From NCBI RefSeq assembly GCF_009914755.1, contig NC_060931.1: a stretch of 64,000 bases of DNA; one strand, 5' to 3'. A model generated the notes under the pieces. The model did no database searches, was not told the origin of the DNA, and saw only the letters and a list, made by a program, of their open reading frames with translations. This DNA comes from the human T2T-CHM13v2.0 reference genome, Homo sapiens. The translations under genes and the position numbers were made by a program. Of this stretch, positions 14,921 to 30,734 are shown piece by piece. The first letter of the stretch is position 1. Each line of letters starts with the position of its first letter.

Positions 14921-16278
14921 TTAAATTGCGAAGAACTTGCTTTATTTTGTAGGATGAGCTTGATAACCTCAGCGTGGATTTCAGCAGCTGCCGGAAACAG
15001 CACTCTAGAAGTTAACACAGGTACGCTCCGTACTGAGGCACTGTTTTAGCTAACTGCTCCAGGGACAGCAGGCTCAGTCCTCTTAGGTAAGTAATTTTGG
15101 AAGGTGGCACTGTGTTCCTAATAAATTGAATCAGATCCCTTAGGTTAGTCACTATTCTTAAGAAATAAAGCACGAAATCAACTTGAAGTCATCTGTTGAG
15201 AAGGCCGTGGATAGACCTGAAAAGGAACATTTTGAACATTTAATTGAACCTCTTTGATTTACAGATGAAAAAACTAGTCATTTAAAAAAGTCTTGCCTAA
15301 GGTCAAATGTTTTGTTTCCTGGACTGGCATAAAGCTCATCTGTCACAGTCGGGTGGATGTTCCTTTCTGTTCCTGGCAACTTGACCCCCCCGTCCCCCCA
15401 ACCCCATCTCTCCATCTGATTTCATAAAGATCCAGACCTGGGATTCAGAAACGGGGAAGCTGAAGGAGTGTGACCTAAAACAAGAGAAAGACAAGCTATT
15501 AAATTGTTATTAGGAATTATAAGACGAGAGAGGCTTGCCTGCTAGAACGTCAAGAAGCAGTATCTTTTCTGTTTTGTACAACGCTGTATTCCCAGCACCT
15601 ACAACTGTGCCTGCTAAGCCTGGTAAGGCCTAATAATTGTTAAATGAAAAACAATCAATCACTCAATCATAGATGTGTCAGATTGTGAGAGAAAACACGT
15701 CCTTACTGTTTTCTCTACCACCCTCCTTCCAGTAATACTAATAAAATGTGCACATTTGTATTCTAAAGAGGTGAAATCATATACACAGCGCTCTAGCACG
15801 GTGCCTGGCCCATTGTAATTAATACATGCCAGTTTATTTTCCTTTTCTTCCTCCACAAGTATGGGCTACTAGGGAGGACGAAGGGTTGGTGCCGTGGTGT
15901 TTATGTGCCTGGACAGAAAGTGAAGCGTATCCAAGAGGCTGCTGAGAGCGGGCTGTCGGTCTTTCTGATCCGTATAGATCAATTCCAGTGCCCTGAAAAA
16001 CGCACAGCTATTTTACCCAGAGAGGCTGGTCGCTTTTGTTGATCGATTCTCGGCTGCAGTCAGCTCTTTAATACAACTTTTTATGAGCATCAGCCACATT
16101 GCGGCGGGAGGAGGGGCTGTGGTGGAAAAAGCAGGGAAACCGCCCCCCACTCCCAAAAAGTAAAGGAAGCCCGCGGGGCAGGGACTGCGGTTTGCCGGTC
16201 TAACGGGTCCTCGAGCTGGGGCGGCGGTCCCGGCCCCTTCGGCCCCGCCCCTCGCCCGCGGCCGCCTCCGAGGTTCAA
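14921..16278 (-). ncRNA. CT66: Divergent lncRNA upstream of AUTS2, probably CT66 (LOC100507468)
   Basis: Identity and extent are recalled from the locus. Sequence support: minus-strand AATAAA (TTTATT at 14941-14946), minus-strand acceptors TCTTTCTCTTGTTTTAG (exon start 15474) and GTTCCTTTTCAG (exon start 15216), candidate donor TGG|GTAAAA at 16017/16016, 5' end at the island edge. Confidence 0.6.
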
Positions 16279-17092
16279 GTTCGGCCCCCGGCTGTTAGGC
16301 CTCGCGCTCCCGGATCTGAAGCCGCCCGTGCGTCCCTAGGTCCCCCGCTGGAAGACGAGGCGGGAATCCCAGGGGTCATCCGGGCGCGGGGTCGCTCGTC
16401 CACGCACTGTGGTGCCACGTGGAGGAAAAGTTTCCAACTCTGCCAGTTGGTGCTCCCACTGCGCCCAGGCGGAGCAAAGGCCCGCGCTTTGGCACCCGCT
16501 CCCCGTTCTGTCTCCTCCAGTCGCGCCCCCTCCCAGGGACGCCCCCCTTGTACCCCTTCTCTGAATTCCCTTCTCTCCTCGCAGCGCAGGTAGCCAAGGG
16601 AAAACACCCTTGGGGGCTGGTGGGGCTTCCCGAGAAGGCGGCCTCGGGCCGGCCAGGGGTAGAGGATCCAGGGACAAGTGTCCCGAGGAGGATGTGGGGG
16701 GCGCGCGCGCGAAGTGGCCTGGGAGCAGGGGCCCACACGCGTCCCCGCTGCGACAGGCGGGATCCTCCGGCGGCTTCCACGCCCTGGCGCGCCAACTCTG
16801 CCCGGCCGCGGCCGACCCCACGCGGGCGCCCCCTCCACGCCCCCGCCCCCGCCCCCCTCACAGCTCCCCACCGCCCCCAGTGCGCAGGCCCGGCCGCCCC
16901 AGCGCGCATGCCCTGGGCTCGCGAGCGCGGCCAGCCCCCAGCCTTTTGCTTTCTACACACTCTACAACTGGGGAGGGGGCGGGGGAGGAGGGAGCCCAGC
17001 CGTCCACGTGATCCCGCCGGCCGGGGCCGCGGGGGCGGGAGCGCGCGCCGAGAGAGGCGCGGGGAGGGCGGGTGCGCGGGAGCGCGCGCACT

Positions 17093-17150
17093 CGAGCGAG
17101 CGAGCGAAAGCACGAACGAGCGAGCGAGCGAGCGAGCGAGCGGGCGGGCG
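17093..17150. repeat. (GAGC)n imperfect tetranucleotide repeat in the promoter
   Basis: CGAGCGAGCGAGCG...GAGCGAGCGAGCGGGCGGGCG read directly. Confidence 0.9.
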
Positions 17151-17257
17151 CGGGGTTGGGCTGAGGCGGGCGGCGGCGGCGGCGGCGGCGGTGGGCTGGC
17201 CGCGGAGGGGGAGGAGCGGGAGCTGCGCGAGGCAGGCGGGCGGGCGGAGGATGGGGC

Positions 17258-18874
<1,617 letters not shown>

Positions 18875-19189
18875 TGAGGTCTTATTGTTGGTGGGGGGAG
18901 CTGGGGGCGCGGGCAGACAGGCAGCAGGAGGGAGTCGCAAAGCCGTGCCTGGTCTCGTTTCCTCGCTCGCCTTTCCCCTGCGCCCCCTCCCTGCACCCCC
19001 TCCACAGCAGATGGGCAGAAAGAAAGGGGTTCGGGCATCACAACAATGCGCCCCCTCTCCACAGAGAGCTCTGCCCCCACTCCTTCCTCCTCTCCCTCCC
19101 CAATCATGGCTTCTTGGCTGGTGGAAGTCTCTTTGCTGGGTTTGGGGCGCCTGTGGACGGTTCTGTGTGCTTTCTACAGAGTCATATGT

Positions 19190-19191
<2 letters not shown>

Positions 19192-19224
<33 letters not shown>
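19192..19224. repeat. (GT)n microsatellite
   Basis: Direct reading. Confidence 0.95.
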
Positions 19225-19226
<2 letters not shown>

Positions 19227-20287
19227 TGTGTAGTATATACCTTTCCCGGGTGTCCTCGGGACTGGAGACTGATGGGGTTTTGTGATTTCTTTGCGCCTCC
19301 CCCCATTACCCCCCCATATTCTTTTTTTTTTTTTTTTTTTGGTGAAGCTGGGGAAGGGGGCGTTTTCTCCTGGTTGGGAGAAAGGAGGGAGGAGGGGAGA
19401 GAAGAGGGAAGGGTGGAATAGCTCTCTGTATTCTGTATGGGGTTCTGTTACAGAAAGGGTTAATTATAATATTATCTATACACATACATAGGCACATGTG
19501 TGTGTGTACATGAGCAATTTAGTTAAAGGACAGAAAAAGGTACACCAGGGAAGACTGGTGGGAGGGAAGAATAAAATCCTAGCTGCTATCTGAAGGGCTT
19601 GTCACCAATTGTCCCTCTCCCTTTCCTTTTTTGTGTTTTCTTTTTTTTCTTTCTAAGTGATTGGCTTTGTGTGTGTCTATGTGTGTGTCTTTCTTTATTC
19701 CTTGGGCACCTGCAGCGTTGATTTTCAAATGCACATTTTCCTTCCAGCCAACTGGCTCCTAGGGTAGGGGGAAAGGGAAAAGGGAGGGAGGGGGAGACTG
19801 TCCAGGGTTGGGGGGAAACTGTCTTTGCCTGGACCTGTCTCCTTTGGTGTGGTATTGGTCATTGGCCTCTATAAATTTAACCGCCTAATTTCCTCCCCCA
19901 CCTCCCTGTCCCCACCCCCCACACACCATGCACACACACACAGAAGGCTTTGAGATTCTGCAGAGTTGGTCCACCTTTCTTAAGCACAAAACCAAGATAC
20001 GGTTTATAGTTGGCTTATAGTGTTTCATGCACCTGATGTGATGGTTTGAGGTTCCTGAAGGAAACTTTTCCCTTTCCATTTTTTTTTTTGCGTTATTATG
20101 GTATTGTTTCACATGCTCAGATGCAAGCTTTGTTAATGACAGCTTAAATCTCACATACGGTAACTGTACAGGTTTAGATTGCTGGTTCTGTTTATGTGTT
20201 TGGGTGTCAGCTTTAAATATTTTTTTCAAAGGAAGGCTTCCTATCAGTGTTGTCCTTTTCTGTGTGAACTGCTTTTGGTTTGGGCTG

Positions 20288-20400
20288 CTGGTGGTGATGG
20301 TGGTGGATGGTGGCCAGTGGTTGGGAGTAAGGGAGGTATTGGTGGTGGTGGTGGTGGTGCAGGTGGTGGTGATGGTGATGTTGGTGGTATTGGTGGTGGT
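20288..20400. repeat. Degenerate (GGT)n low-complexity tract
   Basis: Direct reading. Confidence 0.9.
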
Positions 20401-20787
20401 CGTAGATTTTGATGTTAGTGATTGAATCAGTTACTCTCTGGTTCTAGAATTGGTGCTTTATTGGCCAAAATTTTGAGTGTTGAGGTTCACCACTTATTAG
20501 AATAATTCCAACTGTGGCTTTAAGTTTGCCAAGGTGGGTGGTGGTTACCATACAGTGTGACCTCTTTCTGTCTCTCTCTCTTGTTTTAAAATAGGAGTTG
20601 AAATGGCAGCATGTTCCTATTAGAACATGCTGCTTGGAATTTGGTTCATCATTGCTGTCTGTGGTTGTTTTGGAAAGTACTTGTAAGAGCTGGTTACAAG
20701 TGGTTCTGCTTTCTGCATGGTTATCCTGAGCTCAGCAATCAAGAGGGGCCACTGGATTCCCACGAACATTTTTGGAGGACAAGTAGG

Positions 20788-20793
20788 GATATA

Positions 20794-20874
<81 letters not shown>
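20788..20874. repeat. Compound (TG)n(TA)n(TG)n microsatellite
   Basis: About 85 bp of alternating purine-pyrimidine sequence. Confidence 0.95.
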
Positions 20875-23800
20875 CTCACTTATGCAGTTCTTTTTGATGG
20901 TTTTATTTTTAACAAATAGGTATTTGACTGGGCTTGTGATATATATCTATTTATTTGGCTTTTGCGAGAAAATGTGCTCATTTTAATTTATTTTGTGCCT
21001 AAAAAACTTGTAATTTTAAAAGCAGACCAAGTTCAAAATGTACAGTTAATACCATTTCTTTCTTTGCTCTGATTATTTTTTTCTGCTACTTTTCTAGATT
21101 AAAATCCAGGATATTTTGGTTAGCTGAATACTATGTCACCTTCATATCTAAATATCATATGTCTATCTATGTGTAGGTAGAAAAGGTCTAACTTTTAAAA
21201 AAGTTTACTTAAAATTCTGTAGAAAAAATTAAACATACAGAAGTAGACAGAACACCCAACATCCAGGTTTGAGAACTACCAACTCATATCTCATCTTGTA
21301 TTTTCTATATTTCATCTATTTCCTCTCCCACATATGATCTCATCCATATTTCTCACACAGAAATACTTCTGTATGAATCCCTAAACCATAATGACTCCAA
21401 AAATCCTCAGACCCCACCAAAACCCGCACAGCAGTATTATCACACTTAAATGAATGTATAACAGTTCACTAATATCAAATATCCTGTCAGTGTTTACATT
21501 TTAAGAGGCCCAACTTTTGTAGGGAAGCCGTAAATACATTTGTCAGATTAAAAACACACAATGGGAAATAGAAATCATCATATATGTCTGGTTCTTTGGC
21601 AAAAGGTAGTTTTGTTGGCTGTGTGCTATCACATTGTGTCCATGCTGGATGGTCAGAACATATGTGTTAGTGATTGTTAAATTAAAACCTCTGGTGGTCC
21701 ACTCTATTCAGTCTGGAAGATTTATTGAACTATCACCAAGAAATGTGAGGGCTTATTGGGAACAGGCAACTAAACTATGAGCTTGGACAAAAATGTGTGT
21801 TGGGGGAGTGTTTGTAAAAGTTAAGAATTATTATAGATGCTAAGAGTTATCCTAAATACGTAGTATGTTTTCGGGCCTTGTGTTTAGAAATGAAATCAGT
21901 TGTCACCACATGTCATTAAGGCTGCTGCTGGTATGATATTGTGAAAAGAAACCAGAAATATTGGCTTGCACAGCTAGGTTTATAGCTTGTGCCAGTTCAG
22001 AGCAATAGCTGGCAAACAGTGGAGTAGCATACTTTGTGTGTTAATGGACACATTATTTGACTCCATGATTTTGTTCTGAGTAGCTGGTTTTGGACTTCTC
22101 TTTTAAAAAAGAGGCTCCTAACTCATTATGAAATGTGCTAATATAAATAGTTCCAGTTCAACTGATTTTACTGATACTGGAGTAAAAGTGATAACTTGCC
22201 TAATGAGAACCTGCATTTTTATCTTGATTATTTTTTGCTGTTGTTGGATTCTTTTTTGAGATGATGAAAGCTTTAGGGGTAGTTTGACAAGTCTCACATT
22301 TTATAGGCAGTGAAACTGGCTGAAACAGTTTCATATTCACAGGGACACTTCTCTTGAGTAATTGTGCCCTGAAGTTCAAGTGTATGATTATGAAGAGCCT
22401 CATGATAGAAGATAAGAGGGTAGGCGAGGAGGCTAAAGTTGAACATGGTGTTCTTTTCATTATGCAGTTGAGAAGCAGAATTAACGTTGGTATATAGTAT
22501 ATTGTTTGTTTGGATATTCTTCGAGTGACAGGATGAGAGCAAAAATCCCCAGATAAGATGTCTAGTTTTCTTAAAAAGTGGCTTTTAGCAAAGTATAAAT
22601 GGGAATGTTGGGGTCCTACTACCATCAGTGTGTCCTGATGTGTTAGATAGTGTTGGCTTTCTGCTATTTGGGTTTTTTTTCTGTGTTGTGTCTATTAGGA
22701 AGCCACGTGAGTACCATGGCTGAAAACTTGACTTTGCAAATCCATTATTTTTCCCCTCATTCCTCTTTTGTGCACTGGGTTCTTAGGGCAGCCTCCTTTT
22801 GTACAGCTGACCAAGGGAAGCTAAGATGAAATTTGTGGAATTAGCAGAAAAGAGGCCAATTGGAGCTTTATAGGCTTATGAAAGTAAAGGAAGACTCATT
22901 TCTAGTGGTTAGAGCATCAAACCAAGACTTTGATGCGGTCTTCACTTCCTGGCTCTGTTTTCAGGGCTTCCCCCACACATCAGTAGCATAAGTGGGCTAT
23001 ACAGAATTTGGTGTACTTATAACATGCCATGTTAATAGGCTCTCACAATTTATTATGGTCAAATCACTTTAGTTGTTTAAAAAACAACATGAGTCACATG
23101 CCTTCTGTCAGTCTGCAGATATTTATGGAGTGCTTAATATGTACAAGGCACTAAGAATATAGAGAAACCAAACATAAATCTAGCGTTTTGAGAAAGTATG
23201 TAGTTTAGTTGATAAAGCCAGCACCTATGAAATAATTTTGAAACAGGTACTTGAATGCCTGATATCAACTAAGCGCCATAGGCTTTTAGAGACAGGCTAG
23301 TGAGATAGGCTGAAGTGTTCCAGAAGGCTTCATGGGTGGGGAATGGGACCTAGAAGGGTGAAGTGATTTGGATATATGGGGAAGGAGTTGGAGCTAGGGA
23401 GAGCATTCTAAAGGAATAATGAAGGCACAGGAACAAGATGCTACATGGTTAGGACTTGGGGGCAAGGAAAGGCTGGTGGAAATGAGTACAAAGGTGGTAA
23501 GTAAAGAGTGCTTGTTAGTGGGGCAGGAGACCTGTGGAGACCCACATGCCAGGCTTGGCCTGCCTAACTAGTGTGGCCTTTGAAAGTTAACTTTCTAAAA
23601 GCATCATTTCCTTTATCCATTAGTGGAGAGGTTTAAACTAGTTTAGAGTAAAGCTTCTCAAGCTGGAAGGGAACATAGCTTTACAGGATGTTCATAAATT
23701 GTTTTTTAGTCTGAAACAGAGTGATCTACCGCCAAATAGTTTCTGAAACTTGATGGGCTAGACAAAATTAAATGGATGCCATGTTCTGTCAGAATTAAAA

Positions 23801-26707
23801 GTCTATTGTGTGAATGTGAATTTTGAATATCAGAGAAGGCAATGTGTTGTGCCTAATTTCCTAAATCTATTTTGACCACAGAGCACTTTTATTCTCTGCA
23901 TTGTAATCTATAATCCAGTATGGGAAATACTAGAAAGGATCCAAAAAAGTCCCTCCAGATCTTGGAATCTGGTGATCTCTGAGTCTGGGGTGAGTGGGCT
24001 GATGGTAGACGACTTGGAAAACCAGGCACAGAAGCTTGTAGTCGGTGCGTGGGAGCTGCTTCTTAAGCAGGAGTGGCAAGGGGAGTGAAAGTGAGGAAGA
24101 TGTAAACAGTGAGGGAGACTAGTCCATGTCTTTTCCTGCTCCCCTTTCCTGCCTGACATCTGCCTTTTTACTGATTGTTACCAACCCCACCAGGAGGTGA
24201 ATATTGGTGAGTGGTTCTCATTAATAGCTCTTTCAGTGTGATGATACTAGCCCAATTCTGATGCCACCAAGCTGCCCTTCAGCCAATGTTTTATCCTCTT
24301 TGTCCCTTCTGGTTTCATATATTGCTGCTCTTTGGCAACCTGTAAAAAAAGGTTGGTTGGGAAAGGAGGTTGACATTGATGTTAAAACAACGATTTCAAA
24401 TTATCTGCCTTTGGCTTGCTGTATATGAAGTGGTAGTTCAAAAAAGGGTCAGAACCGCTCTTTTGCTGTTACATAGCCAGGAAAAGCTGTGGAACTGTGT
24501 TTCTGTTGCATTTTTCACTTTCTTTTTTGGAAAATTTGGCCATGGGACTGTAAAATAAATGGGTCAGTTCCAGCATTTGACTTCTGAAAGTATGCATAGC
24601 TTTAGGATCTGAGAAGGGATGAGAGAATTTGGAGGAAAGGAAGGGTGTGAATAGTGTGTGTGGTTATGAATTCAAGTATTTTACTGTACTTACTGAGTTT
24701 CATTATTTTACTTTATAAGGCAGAGCATCACTTGAGGAGTATTTATGTGAGATGTGGTTGAACGTTGTGATATGATGATTCCATGCAGCTTTTGTTAATT
24801 GTGGAGATTAACTACTTGCACCTTTTTTTTGGAATTAGAATGTAAATGAATCCGTGAATTTAAAAAATGAATTATGAGGTTAGGAATTGAGCCTTTGATC
24901 CTGAGAGTAGTGTTCTGTAGTTCTCACTGTTGAAAAAGGGTTAAGAAAACAGAACAGTAAACATGATTCAAGGAGTGTTGAGGGTGATAGATTCTGAGAC
25001 TCTTCTACACCACAGTTTTATGTATTATCAAAGATAAATGGTGATTATTTAGTTTTAAAGAATGTTAGGATTAGAAATGAGGTCCCCAGATGGACACAAC
25101 AATAGTTGAGGCTAGCTATTAGGAATAATTTAGGTCTAAGAGCTACGAGATTTGGAAGCCTTTGGACGAGAAGGTCTGTGGCATTTCGGGTGTTTGTGTA
25201 TGTGTGCACGCACCTGTGTGCACGCAAAGGGTGAAGGATGGTGGGTTAGTGGCTTTACATTTTATTTTATTTTACCCCTATCCTGTATAGTAGTCATAAT
25301 ATACTAAATGCAGCCTAACTTTGTAAAAGTGTTTCATGCTGTTTTTTTCCTCCTCAAGAAGCAACTTTTTTTTTTCTTTCAGAATTAGGATTAAACCCAA
25401 TATGCTGCAGATGTAGGATAAAGAACCTAGTAATGGGAGAGCAACTGTTAATTTTAGAAAGTTCTGAAAAGATTCAGGTAGATTTGAAAACTTAGATCAT
25501 TGAAGTTTAGAAGAGCAATATGATAATGAATTTGGTAAAACTTGAGACAGGAGAAGATCAAAAATAATTAGTGAGCTGGGGCAGAACTGTTTTCTCTTAT
25601 ATAATCAGAACCTGTTCCATGAATGTAGACTTTTTTCCCCTCTGGGAGGTGAAGAGGACATAGAATTTAAGACTGGTGAGACCCTAAGTGTGTCTTCTTT
25701 CTTCCAAATCTGAGCTGTGTTCTCCTTCGTTTCTTCTAACACAATAGCAGAGTAATGATAGTTTCTATTATAGCTTTGCATCTGTTGGTATGCAATTAAT
25801 ACATACTGTGAGGTCACAAAGAATAGGCCCTTTTTATGCTATTAGTATGAGGAGGGGAGGAGTGAGTTTTCTAGAATTTGACTGCCCCTGCTTGTTTAGG
25901 AAGAAACTAGACAAGTACAGGCTTCTGTGTCTTAGTCCTGTTCAGGTCTCTGATTCCATCCATTGCAAGGGGCTCTGGACCCTGAAATCATATGAATTGG
26001 TGCCTTCTTTGAAGGTGTTTATTTCATATATTAGTGTATGTGGCTCTCTTAGGGTCCAGTTAGATTCCCCGCTCACCTGCTGCCCACCTCCCTCCTTTCC
26101 TCCCTTTCTCTCTCCTTCATATCCTTCTTCTTTCTCTCTCTTCCTTTACTGAGGTAGAGCTATCAAAATTATGAATGCTGTTAATAAAAGGTAATGCATT
26201 TAGGACATTGTGTATGAAACGCAGAAATTCAAAAATTTTTAAATTTCATTATTTGAACTGTGACAATCTGCTTGAGGAACTCTAATTTAGCTCTCTAAAG
26301 GTGAATTGCTTGCCACAGTTTTCTTGGCCATTACAGCTCACTTTTCTAATTTCTCAGCTTATGTCTGAATTCTAGTTAGTTTGTTTGCCAGAGCAAACCT
26401 TATAAATGATCAACTACATACAAATATTTTTAAAATGACTTAACTGTCATTTTAGCTTGCACTATACCTCACGGTGCCATACCCCCTTGTTACCTCTGGA
26501 GCCCTGGAAAACCCATGTGCAGTAAAATGGAGTCACAAGAGAAAAGCCCACAGTTTGTAAGTAATGGAAAATTGCTAATGCAAGTTGGGATTCATTTTTG
26601 GCAAAAAGTCTTTAAATTGCAAGTATTGTGTGGCTGCTATTAACTGAAGCACAGCCTGCAAATATAGATTGTGACTCTTGGTTACATGGGTGAAATCTGA
26701 TATTTTC

Positions 26708-27010
26708 TTTCTTTTATTTTGTTTTTTTGAGACAGTGTCTTTCTTTGGTTGCCCAGGCTGGAGTGCAGTGGTATGCTCATGGCTCACTGCAGCCCCAACC
26801 TTCCTGGGCTCAGGTGATCTTCCCACCTCACCCTCCCAAGTGCTGGGACTACAGGTGCATGCCAGCATGCCCAGCTAATTATGTATTTTTTGTAGAGATA
26901 GAGTTTTGCCATGTTGCCCAGGCTGGTTTCAAACTCCTGGGCTCAAGCAATCCACCCTCCTCAGCCTCCCACAATGCTGGGATTACAGACGTGAGGCACT
27001 GCACCCGGCA
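26708..27010 (-). mobile_element. Alu (AluJ-like) with TSD
   Basis: Flanked by GAAATCTGATATTTTC at 26692 and 27012. Confidence 0.95.
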
Positions 27011-30000
27011 AGAAATCTGATATTTTCAAACTGTGGCTAAGTTCTAAACCTGAGACTGAGTTTTAGTCATTGCCAGGGACAAGTTGTGATGACGCCTGAG
27101 GGATCTCATTTTCCTTGTTGTCCCCACACCTACCCTCGTCTGCAGCACAAAATCTCATTTTAAGTTTTTGTAAAGTTTCTGATGGCAGTAATATTTTAGA
27201 ACTTAAAAGGAGGAATTAAGAGATTACAGTCCCATATTATAAGTATTTCTTAGTTGTTATGTTGAAGTAGACTTCTTTTTTCTTGTTTTCTTCTAGATCT
27301 CTTTGTTCAGTTATACTCGTTGGCTAAAGGTTGCTGGTTAAATGTTGTTTAGCGAAATATTCTATAGTTAAAATCTTTACAAAGAAAAAAGTAAGAATGA
27401 AGATGTGGATAGCACAATAATTGAACATTAGATTATTACTTGTTTTCTAGCCACATGATAGAAATTGCAGTGACTTCCACCCATTCTGTCTGTACATGTT
27501 CAGTTGGCAAAGAGAATGAAGGTCCTGGACCGTGCTTTTCTAAGAAATGATTTTATATAGTTGACATTATACTTTCACTGGAGCAAAAAGGGAAACAAGC
27601 ATTTGATTAGTGTGTCTTACTGCATATTGTGGTCTGCTCCCTCATTTGTTACGGTGGTCACTATGATTGCTTGACAATTACAGTTTTGAGATTAATATGC
27701 AGAGCTAAATCTTTAGGAGGTATCCTAAAGTTAGGACCTAAACTTTTTCATAGCAGCCTTTTGATCCATTTTATTCCAGCCATTGCTAGTTGATGTGCTT
27801 TCTAAGCCGTGTGGCATCAGAGGCACAGATGTTGTCTTTAGTGATGTAGTTCTACCTCTCATTTTGCAAATGAAAACAACAGCCCACAGGGGTTAATTGA
27901 CCTGTTCAAGATCACACTGGGAGTTAGAGGCTCTCACTGTTACCCTATGAATCTAGGAGTCTGCTTCTTGTAAGTTAGTACTGGGGAGTCCCAAGGATTG
28001 GGAACCTTGGAAGGAGATTTTTTAAAAACAAAAAGTCTTACTACAAATGTGGATGAGCACCCATGATTGTAAAGCTTCCCATTTCAGCTAAGAAATGTTC
28101 TGATTTACACAATATCAAGAACCTTTAAAAAGCGTTGTTCTCTCCCTGCGCTCTCTCCCAGTGTATCACCCTGAAATTAGTTGGCCTTTCTCTGTAGGTA
28201 CATTCATCGTTTTTAAACACTGCCTCCCACCTCCCTTTTATAAGGATGTAAAATAAAAAAATAAATATTAGGGTGGTTTCTCATCATTGAATGTCTAGTG
28301 GAAAGATAAAATAATTATTTGGAAGTAAGATGACCTTAATGTGGCCCATGTAAAATTTTTAACATAATTTCTTTGTGTAAAATATTTTCTTTAGCCTAGC
28401 AATCTGTGGAAACTCAGAGCAACTTCATAACATTGGTAGCAGGATGTATGGAGTGAGTGAACTTTGGAGTATAGTGGAGTTGAAGGCTCAACGAAAATTT
28501 TCTTCGAGGAAATACTTAAAATATTAAATCCACATGACGTGTTGACTAAGGCATCTTGTCTGTTCATTGCTGAACCAGAACATTTATAACAACTGTTTCT
28601 CATGTGTATGTATTCATAGCCATTCATATAATGAAAAGAAGTTTTCATGGGATTGTAATAACATATCAAGATGGATGTAATTAAAACAGAAGCAGATTGA
28701 CACCCTGAATTAAATGTAAACCATAAACCAGGATACCTGAGCATTGTGCCTTACATATTTGCTGTAGGGGGCAGTCAGCCAAATATGCAAATAAAAAGAC
28801 ATTGATGAATCTTCCTGGGTGTGTATGTGGTTGCAGAGAACCCAACTATTTTATTAATCTTTTATCAAGCATTGTTTAGATTTGCAGCAGCCATGGAATG
28901 TATTAATTTGGCAGACCAAATAGCTTAGGACCAGAAAGTAGGAAATAATAAAGGGAAGACATGATTGATACGCTGTCCTATAAATAACACATGCGACTGA
29001 CAAAGGGGCTGAGTAATCTTTAGATCTGTGCTTCATTTCATTAATGGAGTTGTTAAACCAGGATGTTTGAGTTGAACTTCAATCAGAGAGGCTCTGCCTC
29101 CCATTTAAAATGCAGGCCTACCTCTACTCACTCTCTGGACTGATATGTTGACAAAATTGGTGTAAATCGAATTTTTGTAAATTGGATCAAATGCACTAGG
29201 GGAATCTTGCTGTGAAAAATATGAGTCCTTTTTATCAACTATAGTACTCCTCCTCTCTGCAGGGAGGCTGGGATTTTGGTGGAGTGAGTCTCTTCAGATG
29301 GGCATTGCTTCCTCTGAGACAGTTTCCTGCACGTGTTCCCGGTGCTCTGTTCCCCGTGCTCCTGGAAGACAGTGACTGTGAGATTTGCATTTTTTCTTCA
29401 GGTTTTATACCTCACTTGGTCGGTGCTTCCAGGAATAATTGGTGGTGATTTGAATAAGCCCGCATCATTCAGATTTCAGAGCTTGGTTTTCAAGTGCTTG
29501 CTAAGGAGGGCTCCCAGCTATGAATATGGAATATGATTTCCATATCTGTTCCATTGGGGAGTCCAGGCGTGTCATAACCACTTCAGAGTCATGATTGTAT
29601 CGAGACACCCTAGCTGTAATTTTTCTATATGACAGTTCAGTTTTAAAATTGTAAAGATGCCAAAAGCAGGGCTGCATTGTTATTAGGGAAGTCAGTGACA
29701 TCTGTTATATCTTGTTAACCAGGGGAGGAAAATGCTTTAATCAAAACATCTAATTATACCCTATGAACTGATGAAATATCCTTTGCTAAATTTTTGGAAT
29801 TGGCCTTAATGGAAGAAGCTGGCCTCTATCAGAACTGTGAAGTAAATTTACCCTTTTTATTTGGAAAAATATTTATTCCTAACCATAGTGACATAAGGGT
29901 ATTTTAATTGTATCAGATTACTTTTATATGTCTGTTGAAAATAGTTATTTTTCAGAAGTTGTTCAAGCCAGCATCACGTTTTTGTTTTTGTGCTCTCTGA

Positions 30001-30425
30001 CTCCCTTAGCATATGAGGCCCCCAGAGGGAGTTTGTATTTCCAGATGTGAGCCTAGGAGGATATGTGGTGTCTTAGAGCCACCTGGGGAGGGAGCAAATG
30101 ATAATTGCAGGTGAGATGCAGGGGGATAATTCAGCCTGTGTGCTGGGAGGTGCGATTTCACACCTGAATGTTGAGACCTGCTGTGTTAGACACTTGTGTT
30201 GTTTTAAAATGTTTTATTACTCTAATATAGAAATGGACCAGATTGTTCCAGGTCACCTTCAGTTGAAAGAATATAAATGTTTTTAAATATTGAAGTATAA
30301 TGTGATTCCAGAAATGGTTCCTGTGTTTAAAAGTAGTTTTACATATATCTGAAAGCATTAAAATCTGTTTAACTCAGCATGTCTATACTGCCTCTACCTC
30401 TGTTGATCATTTTTTAAAAATTGTA

Positions 30426-30734
<309 letters not shown>

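Noticed and set aside
20179-20425. Gly-rich or Val-rich ORFs (His-rich on the other strand, reminiscent of AUTS2 His repeats)
   Set aside because: Simple (GGT)n low-complexity DNA without exon signals.
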